64,000 nucleotides of DNA. Origin: Candidatus Vogelbacteria bacterium. GTDB taxonomy: Bacteria > Patescibacteriota > Minisyncoccia > Phycocordibacterales > XYD1-FULL-46-19. The stretch's first letter is position 1; each line of letters begins with the position of its first letter. The notes under the pieces are model-generated. The model was not told where the DNA came from and made no database searches. It saw nothing but the letters and a program-made list of their open reading frames with translations. The stretch spans positions 78,482 through 142,481 of the forward strand of contig CAIRHC010000007.1 of assembly GCA_903878275.1 (NCBI GenBank), in the 5' to 3' direction. Of this stretch, positions 55,833 to 64,000 are shown in pieces. Both the position numbers and the translations under genes were made by a program.

Positions 55833-56174
55833 ATGATTAAAAAAGAAATAAAACCAAAAGTTACCTTGGAAGGTCTGAACCAGACGGTTGAGAAATTGGC
55901 TACTAGTATGATCAAGGGTTTTGCTCATACTCACGAGCTGATCGAAAATCTGGCGATCAGCACCAAGGCTGGTTTTGATAAAGTAGACGAAAGATTTGAT
56001 AAAGTGGATGAAAGATTAGATAAAGTGGAGGGGAGATTAGGTAAGGTTGAAAACGACATCACTGGCATCAAACAACGCCTGACCAGCCTAGACAACCGTC
56101 TAGACACTTTTGTCGATCACGAAAAGCGTTTGACCAAAGTCGAATCAGCCTTGAAAATTAGAGTCAAACATTAA
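55833..56174 (+). CDS. coiled-coil protein, paralogue 3
   Basis: MIKKEIKPKVTLE..; C-terminus identical to paralogue 1. Confidence 0.55.
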   Translation: MIKKEIKPKVTLEGLNQTVEKLATSMIKGFAHTHELIENLAISTKAGFDKVDERFDKVDERLDKVEGRLGKVENDITGIKQRLTSLDNRLDTFVDHEKRLTKVESALKIRVKH

Positions 56175-56340
56175 CAAAATTCCCCGAGGTCGAACCTTTT
56201 TGGGGATTTAAGGTTCGACCTCGGCAAGATCCCCCAATATTTTTAATAAAAAATAACCATTTTAAAAATTAATTTCAAGGCTAAAACATTTCAACCCAAA
56301 ACGATTCTCGTTTGACTACGAAATGTTCGCCTAAATCAAG

Positions 56341-58110
56341 ATGAAAAAACAAATCATAATCATCGCCTCCATTTTTATCGCCATTTTTGCTCTAGCCTCC
56401 GCCTACCTCCCCGGCGTGCTAAGTAGTTCGTCAAAAAAAGCCGAAGCCGATACCGCCTCGACAGTTGACAGCCGTCTCTTGGGGTACATCTGGAGTTCAA
56501 ATATTGGTTGGGTCAAGTTAGATCCCAGCACTCCAGCTCCAAAATTTGAAGACGAAAAAAATAATGTCCGGATTATGTCCGATGGCACTGTCGTGGGCTA
56601 TGCGTGGAGCTCAAACATTGGCTGGATTAGATTTGATCCGGTTGTTGATCTTGCTATCCCCACCGCAACTCCCCCGTCTTATTCACCGATAGATGTTTAC
56701 AGTAGTAATACTTCAGTTCGGTACGACAAAGCTGCGAATAAATTTTCTGGTTGGGCAAGAGTTTGTTCGGTTTTTGTCGGTGATACTTGTGCCGGGGCAT
56801 TAAAAGACGACGTAGTCAGAGGTGGCTGGGACGGCTGGGTCCAAATGCGAAATGTAAGTATCGACTTGTCTGGGACAGAGACTGGCCAAGTAGGTTCTCT
56901 GGTTGGCTGGGCGTGGGGCGATCTAAATATCGGTTGGCTTAAATTTGACTGGAAACATATTCCTCCTGGCGGATGTACTCCAGATCCCGCCAATTGCGGT
57001 TGTTGCCCTGGTATTTCCTGTTCTTGTCCTCCACCTATTCCGACTCCGCCCAACGCCCTCTGTGTCGCCGAAGGAGGCATAAATGTGCTCGATGCGAGCG
57101 GTAATGTTGTCGGTGTTAATTTCCCTTTGAATACTCCACCAACCCCTATTGACCTTAAAGTTGGTTCTTTGTCTGGAGGAAACGGTAGTTTTGCTTATGA
57201 ATGGACACAAGACGTTGGAAATTTATCTCCCCTGATCGGAAGTTTTGATTCCGCTGTTCCCACTACGACTTTCCAGGTCTTTTATGGTACTGTCGGTGTT
57301 TACAATCCAAAAATCAAGATCACCAGCGGTGGGGCTTCAAATGAAATTGAGTGTTCTGCAAGCGGAATCACTGTTGATAATTTTTATACCTTTAATTGCG
57401 AAAACGGAATGATCACCGCCAACAGTACAACTTATTGTAATCACGAAACAGCGACGACAACACTGGCTAGTGTATTCCAAGGAGCTTCGGACTTTGCCTT
57501 TACGGCTGTTCCAGATACTGGGTATAAACTTGATGCTTGGGGAGGTTCTCTTTGTAATGGATCAGCTGCCGGCTCTAATTGTACGGACAATAACCACAAC
57601 GGTTCTTCTCAAACCATCACTGCTAGTTTTGTACCGGACACTGCAGATAGTTGTGGATTTAGTTTTAGTGATCCCAATGCCCTTGATATAAGTCTCTCTT
57701 TTGGCAACAGTCCGACGATTGGTTATTTTTATCCAAGTTCTCCTAGCAATTCTGCCACTATCATTTTCACCCCGGGTGACCCGAACTGTACAGGAGGAGT
57801 TAATTTGACAAGTAGTAATTACCCCGCTAATCCTAGCCTCGATGAACCTTTTTACGAATCACAAATGGTCTGTGCCAAGAAGGTGGGTTCCGGTTATTCA
57901 TCTTTTACGGTGGCTAATTGTACCGGTCTAAACGATGGTGGTAAGGTTGGGGTTTCAGCCAGAAGCACGGCTGATCTACAAGCTGATCTCGGTACCGCTT
58001 CGCCAATGATTAATTGTAAAATGGTAAAGATAAAAAATAAAGCGGCTGCTCCAGTTGCTGTAACCGAACAGGAAGTAAAGGTTTGTATTAACGATATAGT
58101 AATTAACTAA
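56341..58110 (+). CDS. large secreted/membrane-anchored protein with three (L/V)xG(Y/W)xWSSNIGW(V/I)(K/R)(L/F)D repeats and a Cys-rich segment
   Basis: 589 aa; N-terminal TM; lies between the pilins and pilD. Confidence 0.6.
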   Translation: MKKQIIIIASIFIAIFALASAYLPGVLSSSSKKAEADTASTVDSRLLGYIWSSNIGWVKLDPSTPAPKFEDEKNNVRIMSDGTVVGYAWSSNIGWIRFDPVVDLAIPTATPPSYSPIDVYSSNTSVRYDKAANKFSGWARVCSVFVGDTCAGALKDDVVRGGWDGWVQMRNVSIDLSGTETGQVGSLVGWAWGDLNIGWLKFDWKHIPPGGCTPDPANCGCCPGISCSCPPPIPTPPNALCVAEGGINVLDASGNVVGVNFPLNTPPTPIDLKVGSLSGGNGSFAYEWTQDVGNLSPLIGSFDSAVPTTTFQVFYGTVGVYNPKIKITSGGASNEIECSASGITVDNFYTFNCENGMITANSTTYCNHETATTTLASVFQGASDFAFTAVPDTGYKLDAWGGSLCNGSAAGSNCTDNNHNGSSQTITASFVPDTADSCGFSFSDPNALDISLSFGNSPTIGYFYPSSPSNSATIIFTPGDPNCTGGVNLTSSNYPANPSLDEPFYESQMVCAKKVGSGYSSFTVANCTGLNDGGKVGVSARSTADLQADLGTASPMINCKMVKIKNKAAAPVAVTEQEVKVCINDIVIN

Positions 58111-58115
58111 TTAAG

Positions 58116-58871
58116 ATGCTCGAGACAACCGTTCTTCTCGTTCTTGGTCTACTTATCGGCAGTTTCCTAAATGTCGTGATTCTAAGATACAACACGGGTC
58201 GCTCGCTTGGCGGGCGATCGGGTTGTCTCTCTTGCAATAAGCGTCTTCACTGGTACGAGCTTTTGCCGGTCTTTAGTTACTTGGCACAAAAAGGGAAGTG
58301 TCGTGGTTGTGCTAGTAAAATATCTATTCAATATCCGCTAGTGGAAGTTTCTACCGCAATCCTGTTTGCCTTGGTGGCGTGGCGTTTTGCCGACGATCTG
58401 GTCAATCTGATTTTCTTTTTGCTCGTGATACCAGTACTCGTGGTCTTGGTCGCTTACGACACCAAGCACAAAATCATTCCCAATTTTTTTGTTTATTTTT
58501 TTATTTTTCTGGCTTTAGTGAAAGTCTTATTGATTAGCCCGGGCTGGGATGGCTGGCTCGGGGGCTTGGTCTTGGCTGGTTTTCTTGGTTTTCTTTGGCT
58601 TGTGTCGAGCGGTCGCTGGCTCGGTTTTGGTGACGTAAAATTGGTTCTTGGTATCGGTCTGATTCTGGGCTGGCGAGGTGGCTTGTCGGCGTTGTGTCTT
58701 TCTGTCTGGATTGGTGCCGCAGTCGGTCTTATTTTAATTTTTATTGGTCGGGCGAAGTTGTTTCGTTTTCAAAAATATATTACAATGAAGAGTGAATTAC
58801 CATTTGCTCCATTTTTAGTGTTAGGATTTTTATTAAATCTTTTGTTCTCAATCAATGTTTTGCCTTTTTAA
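58116..58871 (+). CDS. pilD: prepilin peptidase (A24 family)
   Basis: N-terminal CxxC..CxxC zinc knuckle, polytopic; LGLLIGSFLNVVI. Confidence 0.85.
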   Translation: MLETTVLLVLGLLIGSFLNVVILRYNTGRSLGGRSGCLSCNKRLHWYELLPVFSYLAQKGKCRGCASKISIQYPLVEVSTAILFALVAWRFADDLVNLIFFLLVIPVLVVLVAYDTKHKIIPNFFVYFFIFLALVKVLLISPGWDGWLGGLVLAGFLGFLWLVSSGRWLGFGDVKLVLGIGLILGWRGGLSALCLSVWIGAAVGLILIFIGRAKLFRFQKYITMKSELPFAPFLVLGFLLNLLFSINVLPF

Positions 58872-58938
58872 CAAAAAAATAAAGTTGAACTTTGCAAAAA
58901 AACTTGCTTCCTATGAAGGTTCGGCGGTTTACCGGGTA

Positions 58939-59553
58939 GTGAAAAATTCTCATTTTTCTACTGCCCGGCGGGGATTCACGGTCATCGAATTGGTCGTGGT
59001 CATCGCTATTTTTATTATTATCACCGGTATTGTCGTGGCTGATATTCCATCTTTTCAAAATAAAAGTTCGTTGGATCTGACGGTCAGTGAAGTCGCCACT
59101 TATATCCGTGGAGCGCAGGTTTATGGAGCTGTGCAAAAGGATACACCATCAGGAGTAGGAAAATCTGTTTATGGAATTAGCTTAACGCAAGGAGCTTCTG
59201 AATTTTATTTATTTCAGAATGATAAAGCACCTCTTCCGCACAAGGAAAACTACGTCATCAAAGGTTTTGATATAGCTAAGATTTGCCAGAAATCTACTGG
59301 TGGGACTGTTGATTCTTCTGCTTCTAGTTTAGACATAGTCTATACTCCAAGTAATTACGAAGTGAACATCGGGACAGCCGTCGGGGCAATTTTTTATTCT
59401 AATTTTGACGCCGATAACCCTGACGACAATAAAATGTCCGGTATCGAATATGTCGATATAAAAATTAGCAACAAAAGAAATCCCACCCTACCGGGTTGTG
59501 TGCGAGTTTATTCCAACGGGCAGGTGGCTATTACTAATTGTGATGGTTGCTAA
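58939..59553 (+). CDS. minor pilin/pseudopilin (GTG start)
   Basis: (M)KNSHFSTARRG|FTVIELVVVIAIF. Confidence 0.6.
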   Translation: MKNSHFSTARRGFTVIELVVVIAIFIIITGIVVADIPSFQNKSSLDLTVSEVATYIRGAQVYGAVQKDTPSGVGKSVYGISLTQGASEFYLFQNDKAPLPHKENYVIKGFDIAKICQKSTGGTVDSSASSLDIVYTPSNYEVNIGTAVGAIFYSNFDADNPDDNKMSGIEYVDIKISNKRNPTLPGCVRVYSNGQVAITNCDGC

Positions 59554-59569
59554 AAAAAGATTTTTAAAA

Positions 59570-60175
59570 ATGTTTAATAAAATAAAAATTAACAAAGCTG
59601 ATCGGGGAGCGGAAAAATCGGGTCTTTCTGCCGTCCGCGGTTTTACGCTTGTCGAAATGATGGTTTCGGTATCTATTTTTGTCATCGTCGCTTTTATTGT
59701 GGTCTCTACTCTTCTTACGATGTCCGCCGCTTATCGTAAAGCCCAAGCAATGCGCCTGCTTCTGGATAATTTCAACTTCGTTATTCAGTCGATGTCACTT
59801 GGTATCCGAGAGGGGGTTAATTATCGTCAGGGTAGTTTGTGTTCCACGGCAGATAGTTGCATTCAGTTTTTACCGATTGATGCTTGGATGGCAAGTCCTA
59901 TGGGGGATCCTGTCTGCTATGATTATATTTCTCCTACAATATACAAATGTACAGCTTGTCCTTGCTCTGATGTGAACACCAGAACCCAAATCGTTTCTGG
60001 CGATATCATCGTTGATAAATTACAATTTGATATTTTTAACCTTGGAGTTCCCAATAAAAAGAAATTGGTTAAGATTCGGATTGGTGGAAAAACCGGGAAG
60101 ACGTCAAAAGATCTAAGCAGCTTTTTTATCCAAAACTCTGTTTCGCAAAGAAACAAGGATGTTGCGATTCCCTAA
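59570..60175 (+). CDS. minor pilin
   Basis: ..SAVRG|FTLVEMMVSVSIFVIV. Confidence 0.65.
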   Translation: MFNKIKINKADRGAEKSGLSAVRGFTLVEMMVSVSIFVIVAFIVVSTLLTMSAAYRKAQAMRLLLDNFNFVIQSMSLGIREGVNYRQGSLCSTADSCIQFLPIDAWMASPMGDPVCYDYISPTIYKCTACPCSDVNTRTQIVSGDIIVDKLQFDIFNLGVPNKKKLVKIRIGGKTGKTSKDLSSFFIQNSVSQRNKDVAIP

Positions 60176-60177
60176 AA

Positions 60178-60699
60178 ATGGCAAAAAATTATAAAAACAA
60201 AAAAAGAGGATTTACGTTGATCGAGACTTTTGTGGCGATTACGATTTTAATGATCGCCGTTCTTGGTCCGTTATCCTTACTATCTAGTGCTCTTAAAAAT
60301 GCTAGTTATGTGCAAAATGAGATTATTGCTACTTATTTGGCTCAAGAAGGTCTCGAGCTGGTGCTCGACTTAAGAAACAACGGACCGCTTTCGTATGATG
60401 GTGCCTCCGGTTATTTGAATGGGGTATTAATTAGTTTCACTACTCAAAAAGTCACCGACTATACGGGCAATATTTGTCTTAATTCCATTAGTGGTTACTA
60501 TACAGTAGCCGATGCTAATCTCTGTAATAGTGGTGACAAATCAACGATTTTTAAAAGGACAGTTACTATCCATCAGACGGTTTATGATGGCTCTCCATCA
60601 GACGGTCAATTTTGGATTTCTTCATATGTAGATATCGGTAGCCCAGCTCGAAGAGTCCAAACAAGTAATCGAATTTTTATAAATCCACCAACATCTTAA
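60178..60699 (+). CDS. minor pilin (PilV-like)
   Basis: KKRG|FTLIETFVAITILMIAV. Confidence 0.65.
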   Translation: MAKNYKNKKRGFTLIETFVAITILMIAVLGPLSLLSSALKNASYVQNEIIATYLAQEGLELVLDLRNNGPLSYDGASGYLNGVLISFTTQKVTDYTGNICLNSISGYYTVADANLCNSGDKSTIFKRTVTIHQTVYDGSPSDGQFWISSYVDIGSPARRVQTSNRIFINPPTS

Positions 60700-61298
60700 T
60701 GAAACATAATTATTTTAAAAAACAAGGATTTGCCTTACTCTATGCTATTTTGATCAGCGGTGTTATTGCTATTGTGGGTATTATTTTGGTAAACATAACT
60801 ACCAAGCAAATAGTTTTTTCTTCTCTTTCTCGTAATTCTGAAATTTCTTATTATTATTTAGCTAATTCGGCACGAGAATGTTTAGAGCACTATGTTGCGC
60901 TTAACCCAGGTTATATGTTTTATAATAAGGACTGGATTGATCCTTCGAATCACCCACTTGGAACGAGAGTCATTTTTACCGACACCACATCGGCACCCTT
61001 AAAATTAAGTTGTTTTGGAACAAAATATGATGTTGAGTTATTTCTGAATAGCGCCGACCCGAACTATCCAATTTATCGCACCAATGGTAATGTCACGATC
61101 AATGATGTAGCAGGCTCTCGACAAGTAAATTTATCGGTTCAGTTTAATAGTGATTGCGTCTTAAACTTGGGTCATTGTCCAAATTCAACAGGCACCTCTT
61201 TAATTACAAAAAATAGAGCGGTCATAACAACCTATGGCCAAAACCCATCGACTGGTTCCCAAGTGACAAGGAGAACGGCCGTGGCCGCTTTTAATTAG
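60699..61298 (+). CDS. minor pilin (PilX-like)
   Basis: KKQG|FALLYAILISGVIAIVG. Confidence 0.55.
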   Translation: MKHNYFKKQGFALLYAILISGVIAIVGIILVNITTKQIVFSSLSRNSEISYYYLANSARECLEHYVALNPGYMFYNKDWIDPSNHPLGTRVIFTDTTSAPLKLSCFGTKYDVELFLNSADPNYPIYRTNGNVTINDVAGSRQVNLSVQFNSDCVLNLGHCPNSTGTSLITKNRAVITTYGQNPSTGSQVTRRTAVAAFN

Positions 61299-61306
61299 AG
61301 GCAAAT

Positions 61307-61530
61307 AAGAAAAAGGCAAGGTTCAAAAAGGCAAGGTTCAACCTTACCTCTGGGTACCATTTGTGTTGTAATATTTTTAAGCTTAACGGGTATAAAAAAA
61401 GGCAAGGTTCAACCTTACCTCTGGGTACCATTTGTGTTGTAATATTTAAAACTGTTTCGAAGGTAGGAAAAAGGCAAGGTTCAACCTTACCTCTGGGTAC
61501 CATTTGTGTTGTAATATTTTTAAGCTTAAC
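61307..61530. repeat. tandem array of three ~52-bp units (aaaaaggcaaggttcaaccttacctctgggtaccatttgtgttgtaatattt), period ~77 bp
   Basis: three identical copies read directly; each is a hairpin plus a TTGTGTTGTAAT tail like the RAYT element termini. Confidence 0.7.
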
Positions 61531-61768
61531 GGGTATAAAAAATCTTTTTCAATTTGTCATCGCTAAAACATCTCTCCAGTGAACGTAAAATAGATTTTAG
61601 CGTTCCTCGATCAAGCTCTTCGTGCAGGGGAATAGTTATGAAATAAGCCACTTTACCGACTTTCATTACTAATCTGGCGTGGCTACCTTTTTGTCTAATT
61701 TTCAAAAAACCTTCGGCGAGAAGAATTTGCAATAGGTTTTTACCAGAAATTCTGCGAAGTTTAGGCAT
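61526..61768 (-). CDS. hicA: HicA-family mRNA interferase toxin
   Basis: MPKLRRISGK.L..IL...GF...RQKGSHARL. Confidence 0.8.
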   Translation of the reverse strand: MPKLRRISGKNLLQILLAEGFLKIRQKGSHARLVMKVGKVAYFITIPLHEELDRGTLKSILRSLERCFSDDKLKKIFYTR

Positions 61769-61988
61769 GAGCGATTTCCGAAAAATCCATATTCATCATC
61801 ACTGGTGGAAAAGCATTTTTGATGTTTTTACCAGAAAAATCGTCAAGGCTGATTTCGATTGCCTCACGAATATTATTAAGAAGATCTTCAAAAGTTTTCC
61901 CTTGCGTAATTATTGCCAGACTATCTGCCGATGCAACGTAAAAACCATCTTCTCCTTTTGAAATTTGAAAGGTAACAATCTTGTTCAT
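61761..61988 (-). CDS. hicB: HicB-family antitoxin
   Basis: small protein overlapping hicA by 8 nt; the upstream gene of the hicBA pair. Confidence 0.65.
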   Translation of the reverse strand: MNKIVTFQISKGEDGFYVASADSLAIITQGKTFEDLLNNIREAIEISLDDFSGKNIKNAFPPVMMNMDFSEIAHA

Positions 61989-62086
61989 AAGATGTATATT
62001 ATCACACAAAAGTAAGGTAAATCAAGCTAGCTTAACTACGTATTTGCAAATTTCCTATTTTTTCTTGTTTTCTCTATAATTAGCAG

Positions 62087-64000
62087 ATGGTAGGAGATGT
62101 TTATAAAAAAGCTAAAGCACGGGCGGAAAAGCTCCGGGAGATTTTAAACCATCACCGGCATCTTTATCACGTGGAGGATAAGCCGGAAATTTCTGATCAA
62201 GCTTATGATTCAATGGAGGAGGAGCTCCGGCTTTTGGAAGAGCGGTTTCCGGATTTGGTGACGCCGGATTCACCGACCCAACGCGTGTCTGGCAAACCAC
62301 TAGATAAATTTGAAAAAATTACGCACACTGTGGCGCAATGGTCTTTTAATGATGCTTTTACGCCGGATGATTTGCGCGATTTTGACAAACGGGTGAAGAG
62401 GATGCTGGGGACGCCGGCATTTTTGCCGGGGGCAAAAATGCCGGCCGAACCGACTTATGTTTGCGAATTAAAAATTGACGGTTTGCACACCGTTCTAACT
62501 TACAAAAATGGTTTGCTGGAAACGGCGGCGACTCGCGGTGATGGCGTGGTGGGAGAAAATGTGACCGCCAACGTCCGGACTATCGAAAGTGTCCCGCTTC
62601 GTTTGAAAGAACCGGTCTCGATTGTTGCCGAAGGTGAGATTTGGCTAGGCTTGGATCAAATGCAAAAAATAAATGCCGAGCGGAAAAAAAATGGCGAACC
62701 AGAATTTGCTAATCCACGTAATGCCGCCGCCGGCACAATCCGTCAACTTGATTCGCGGGTTGTCGCGGGGCGCAAACTCGATACTTTTATTTATGATCTG
62801 TCGGCTGGTGAAAATCCCGACACGCAAGTCGCCGAGCTGAAGCGTCTTGAAAAGTTGGGTTTTAAGGTGAACAAAGAATTTGCCGAATGCAAAAATATTG
62901 AAGAGGCAATTAAGTTTTGGCAAAAATGGCAAAAGAAAAAAGATACGCAAGATTTTTTGATTGACGGTATTGTGGTCAAGGTCAACGAAAGATATTTTCA
63001 GGAAAAATTGGGTTATACCGGCAAAGCGCCGAGATTTGCCATTGCTTTTAAATTTCCTGCCGAACAGGCGACGACCGTGGTGGAAAGTATTGTGTTGCAA
63101 GTCGGTCGGCAGGGAAATATCACACCAGTCGCCAATCTTCGCCCAGTTTTACTTGCTGGCTCGACGGTCTCGCGGGCGACCTTGCATAATGAAGATGAAA
63201 TAAAACGACTTGATGTCCGTGTCGGCGATACGGTGATTTTGCAAAAAGCGGGCGATGTAATTCCCGACATTGTGCAAGTCTTGCCAGAGCTTCGTACCGG
63301 TAAAGAAAAAGTTTTTAAATGGCCAGATCAGCTTGAAGCTTGCTTGCCCGTCGGAGTTTCGACGAATAGGGGCGGTGGGGCGATCGAAAGAATTACCGGA
63401 CAGTCGGCGTGGCGTTGTGTTAATAAAAATTCTTTTGCGCAACAAAAACGAAAGTTTTATCATTTTGCTTCGAAGGGTGCGTTTAATATTGAAAAGCTCG
63501 GTCCGAAAATTATTGATGTGTTACTGGAAAATAAATTGCTATCTAGTTATGAAGATATTTTTAGTTTAAAAAAAGGGGATTTGCTGGCTTTGCCAAGATT
63601 TGCGGAAAAATCGGTGGAAAATTTGCTCGGGGCGATAGAAGAACGACGAGAAATTACTTTGCCGAGATTTATTGTGGCGATGTCAATTCCCAATGTTGGC
63701 GAAGAAACCGCCGAAGATTTAGCGGAGCATTTTGAGACACTAGAAAAAATTGCCGAAGCGAAACTTGAAGAATTGCAAGCGATCGAAGGTATCGGTGGTG
63801 TTGTTGCCCAGTCGGTTTTTGATTGGTTTCGTCAAAAAGAAAATAAAAAACTAGTGTCTAATTTACTAAACAAAATAAAGCTCATTTTCCCCGAAACTAA
63901 GTTTCGGGGAAAGGGGAAACTGGCTGGACAGACTTTTGTTCTGACTGGCACATTACCAACTTTATCTCGTGATGAAGCAAAAGAATTAATCAGGAAAAAT
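62087..64000 (+). CDS. ligA: NAD-dependent DNA ligase LigA (5' partial, runs off the window)
   Basis: open frame from ATG 62087 to the window end; CELKIDGL adenylation-site lysine motif. Confidence 0.85.
   Translation, partial: MVGDVYKKAKARAEKLREILNHHRHLYHVEDKPEISDQAYDSMEEELRLLEERFPDLVTPDSPTQRVSGKPLDKFEKITHTVAQWSFNDAFTPDDLRDFDKRVKRMLGTPAFLPGAKMPAEPTYVCELKIDGLHTVLTYKNGLLETAATRGDGVVGENVTANVRTIESVPLRLKEPVSIVAEGEIWLGLDQMQKINAERKKNGEPEFANPRNAAAGTIRQLDSRVVAGRKLDTFIYDLSAGENPDTQVAELKRLEKLGFKVNKEFAECKNIEEAIKFWQKWQKKKDTQDFLIDGIVVKVNERYFQEKLGYTGKAPRFAIAFKFPAEQATTVVESIVLQVGRQGNITPVANLRPVLLAGSTVSRATLHNEDEIKRLDVRVGDTVILQKAGDVIPDIVQVLPELRTGKEKVFKWPDQLEACLPVGVSTNRGGGAIERITGQSAWRCVNKNSFAQQKRKFYHFASKGAFNIEKLGPKIIDVLLENKLLSSYEDIFSLKKGDLLALPRFAEKSVENLLGAIEERREITLPRFIVAMSIPNVGEETAEDLAEHFETLEKIAEAKLEELQAIEGIGGVVAQSVFDWFRQKENKKLVSNLLNKIKLIFPETKFRGKGKLAGQTFVLTGTLPTLSRDEAKELIRKN

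Noticed and set aside
61307-61530. CRISPR array
   Set aside because: The repeats are 52 bp and the spacers only ~25 bp. Spacers 1 and 3 are identical, and there are no cas genes. It fits a REP-like tandem cluster better.
62645-63270. Minus-strand ORFs inside ligA
   Set aside because: They are antisense to a well-supported ligA frame.

Overview
This AT-rich window looks like a CPR/Patescibacteria-type genome. It opens with a ribosomal-protein (S10/spc) operon, runs through surface-protein, housekeeping and RNA genes, and closes with a type IV pilus locus.

Ribosomal operon (66-7937, + strand):
- Gene order is rplV-rpsC-rplP-rpmC-rpsQ-rplN-rplX-rplE-(metallophosphoesterase)-rpsN(Zn)-rpsH-rplF-rplR-rpsE-rplO-secY.
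- There is no rpmD (L30) between rpsE and rplO.
- A metallophosphoesterase is inserted after rplE, and bL24 carries a Cys4 C-terminus.

Insertion between secY and adk (7.9-12.7 kb):
- It carries signal-peptide surface proteins, each preceded by a near-identical promoter module containing a 10-11 G homopolymer just upstream of a TGnTATACT box. These are candidate phase-variable genes.
- A HEPN/MNT pair is embedded among them.
- GC-rich palindromes with ACCGCCCG arms (REP-like) punctuate the block.
- Two further paralogues lie at 17.9-21.8 kb. They share the N-terminal module and an IPT-like cassette with the first set.

Housekeeping genes: adk, map, ndk, a beta-CASP MBL RNase, the infC-rpmI-rplT operon, smpB, ftsH, recG and the 5' part of ligA.

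RNA genes: a tmRNA (ssrA), a tRNA-Ile with a UAU anticodon, and a tRNA-Ser(GCU). The tRNA-Ser has tandem duplications of its 3' end.

Other genes: a DUF333 / NOX-like ferric-reductase / cytochrome-b5-like trio, an S9 peptidase, two Cys-rich or repeat-rich secreted proteins, and a HicAB pair.

Type IV pilus locus (42.7-61.3 kb):
- Genes present are comFC, pilMNO, pilB, a REC domain, pilT, pilC, four pilins, pilD and four minor pilins.
- An IS200/RAYT-like HUH transposase with hairpin termini is inserted among the pilins.
- The locus also holds three coiled-coil paralogues, duplicated and orphan pilin 5' leader modules, and a second palindrome family (CCGGAAAATTTTGC).

Final part of the window: a tandem array of three hairpin+TTGTGTTGTAAT units sits next to hicAB.

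Everything here is inferred from sequence reading; no database search was possible.
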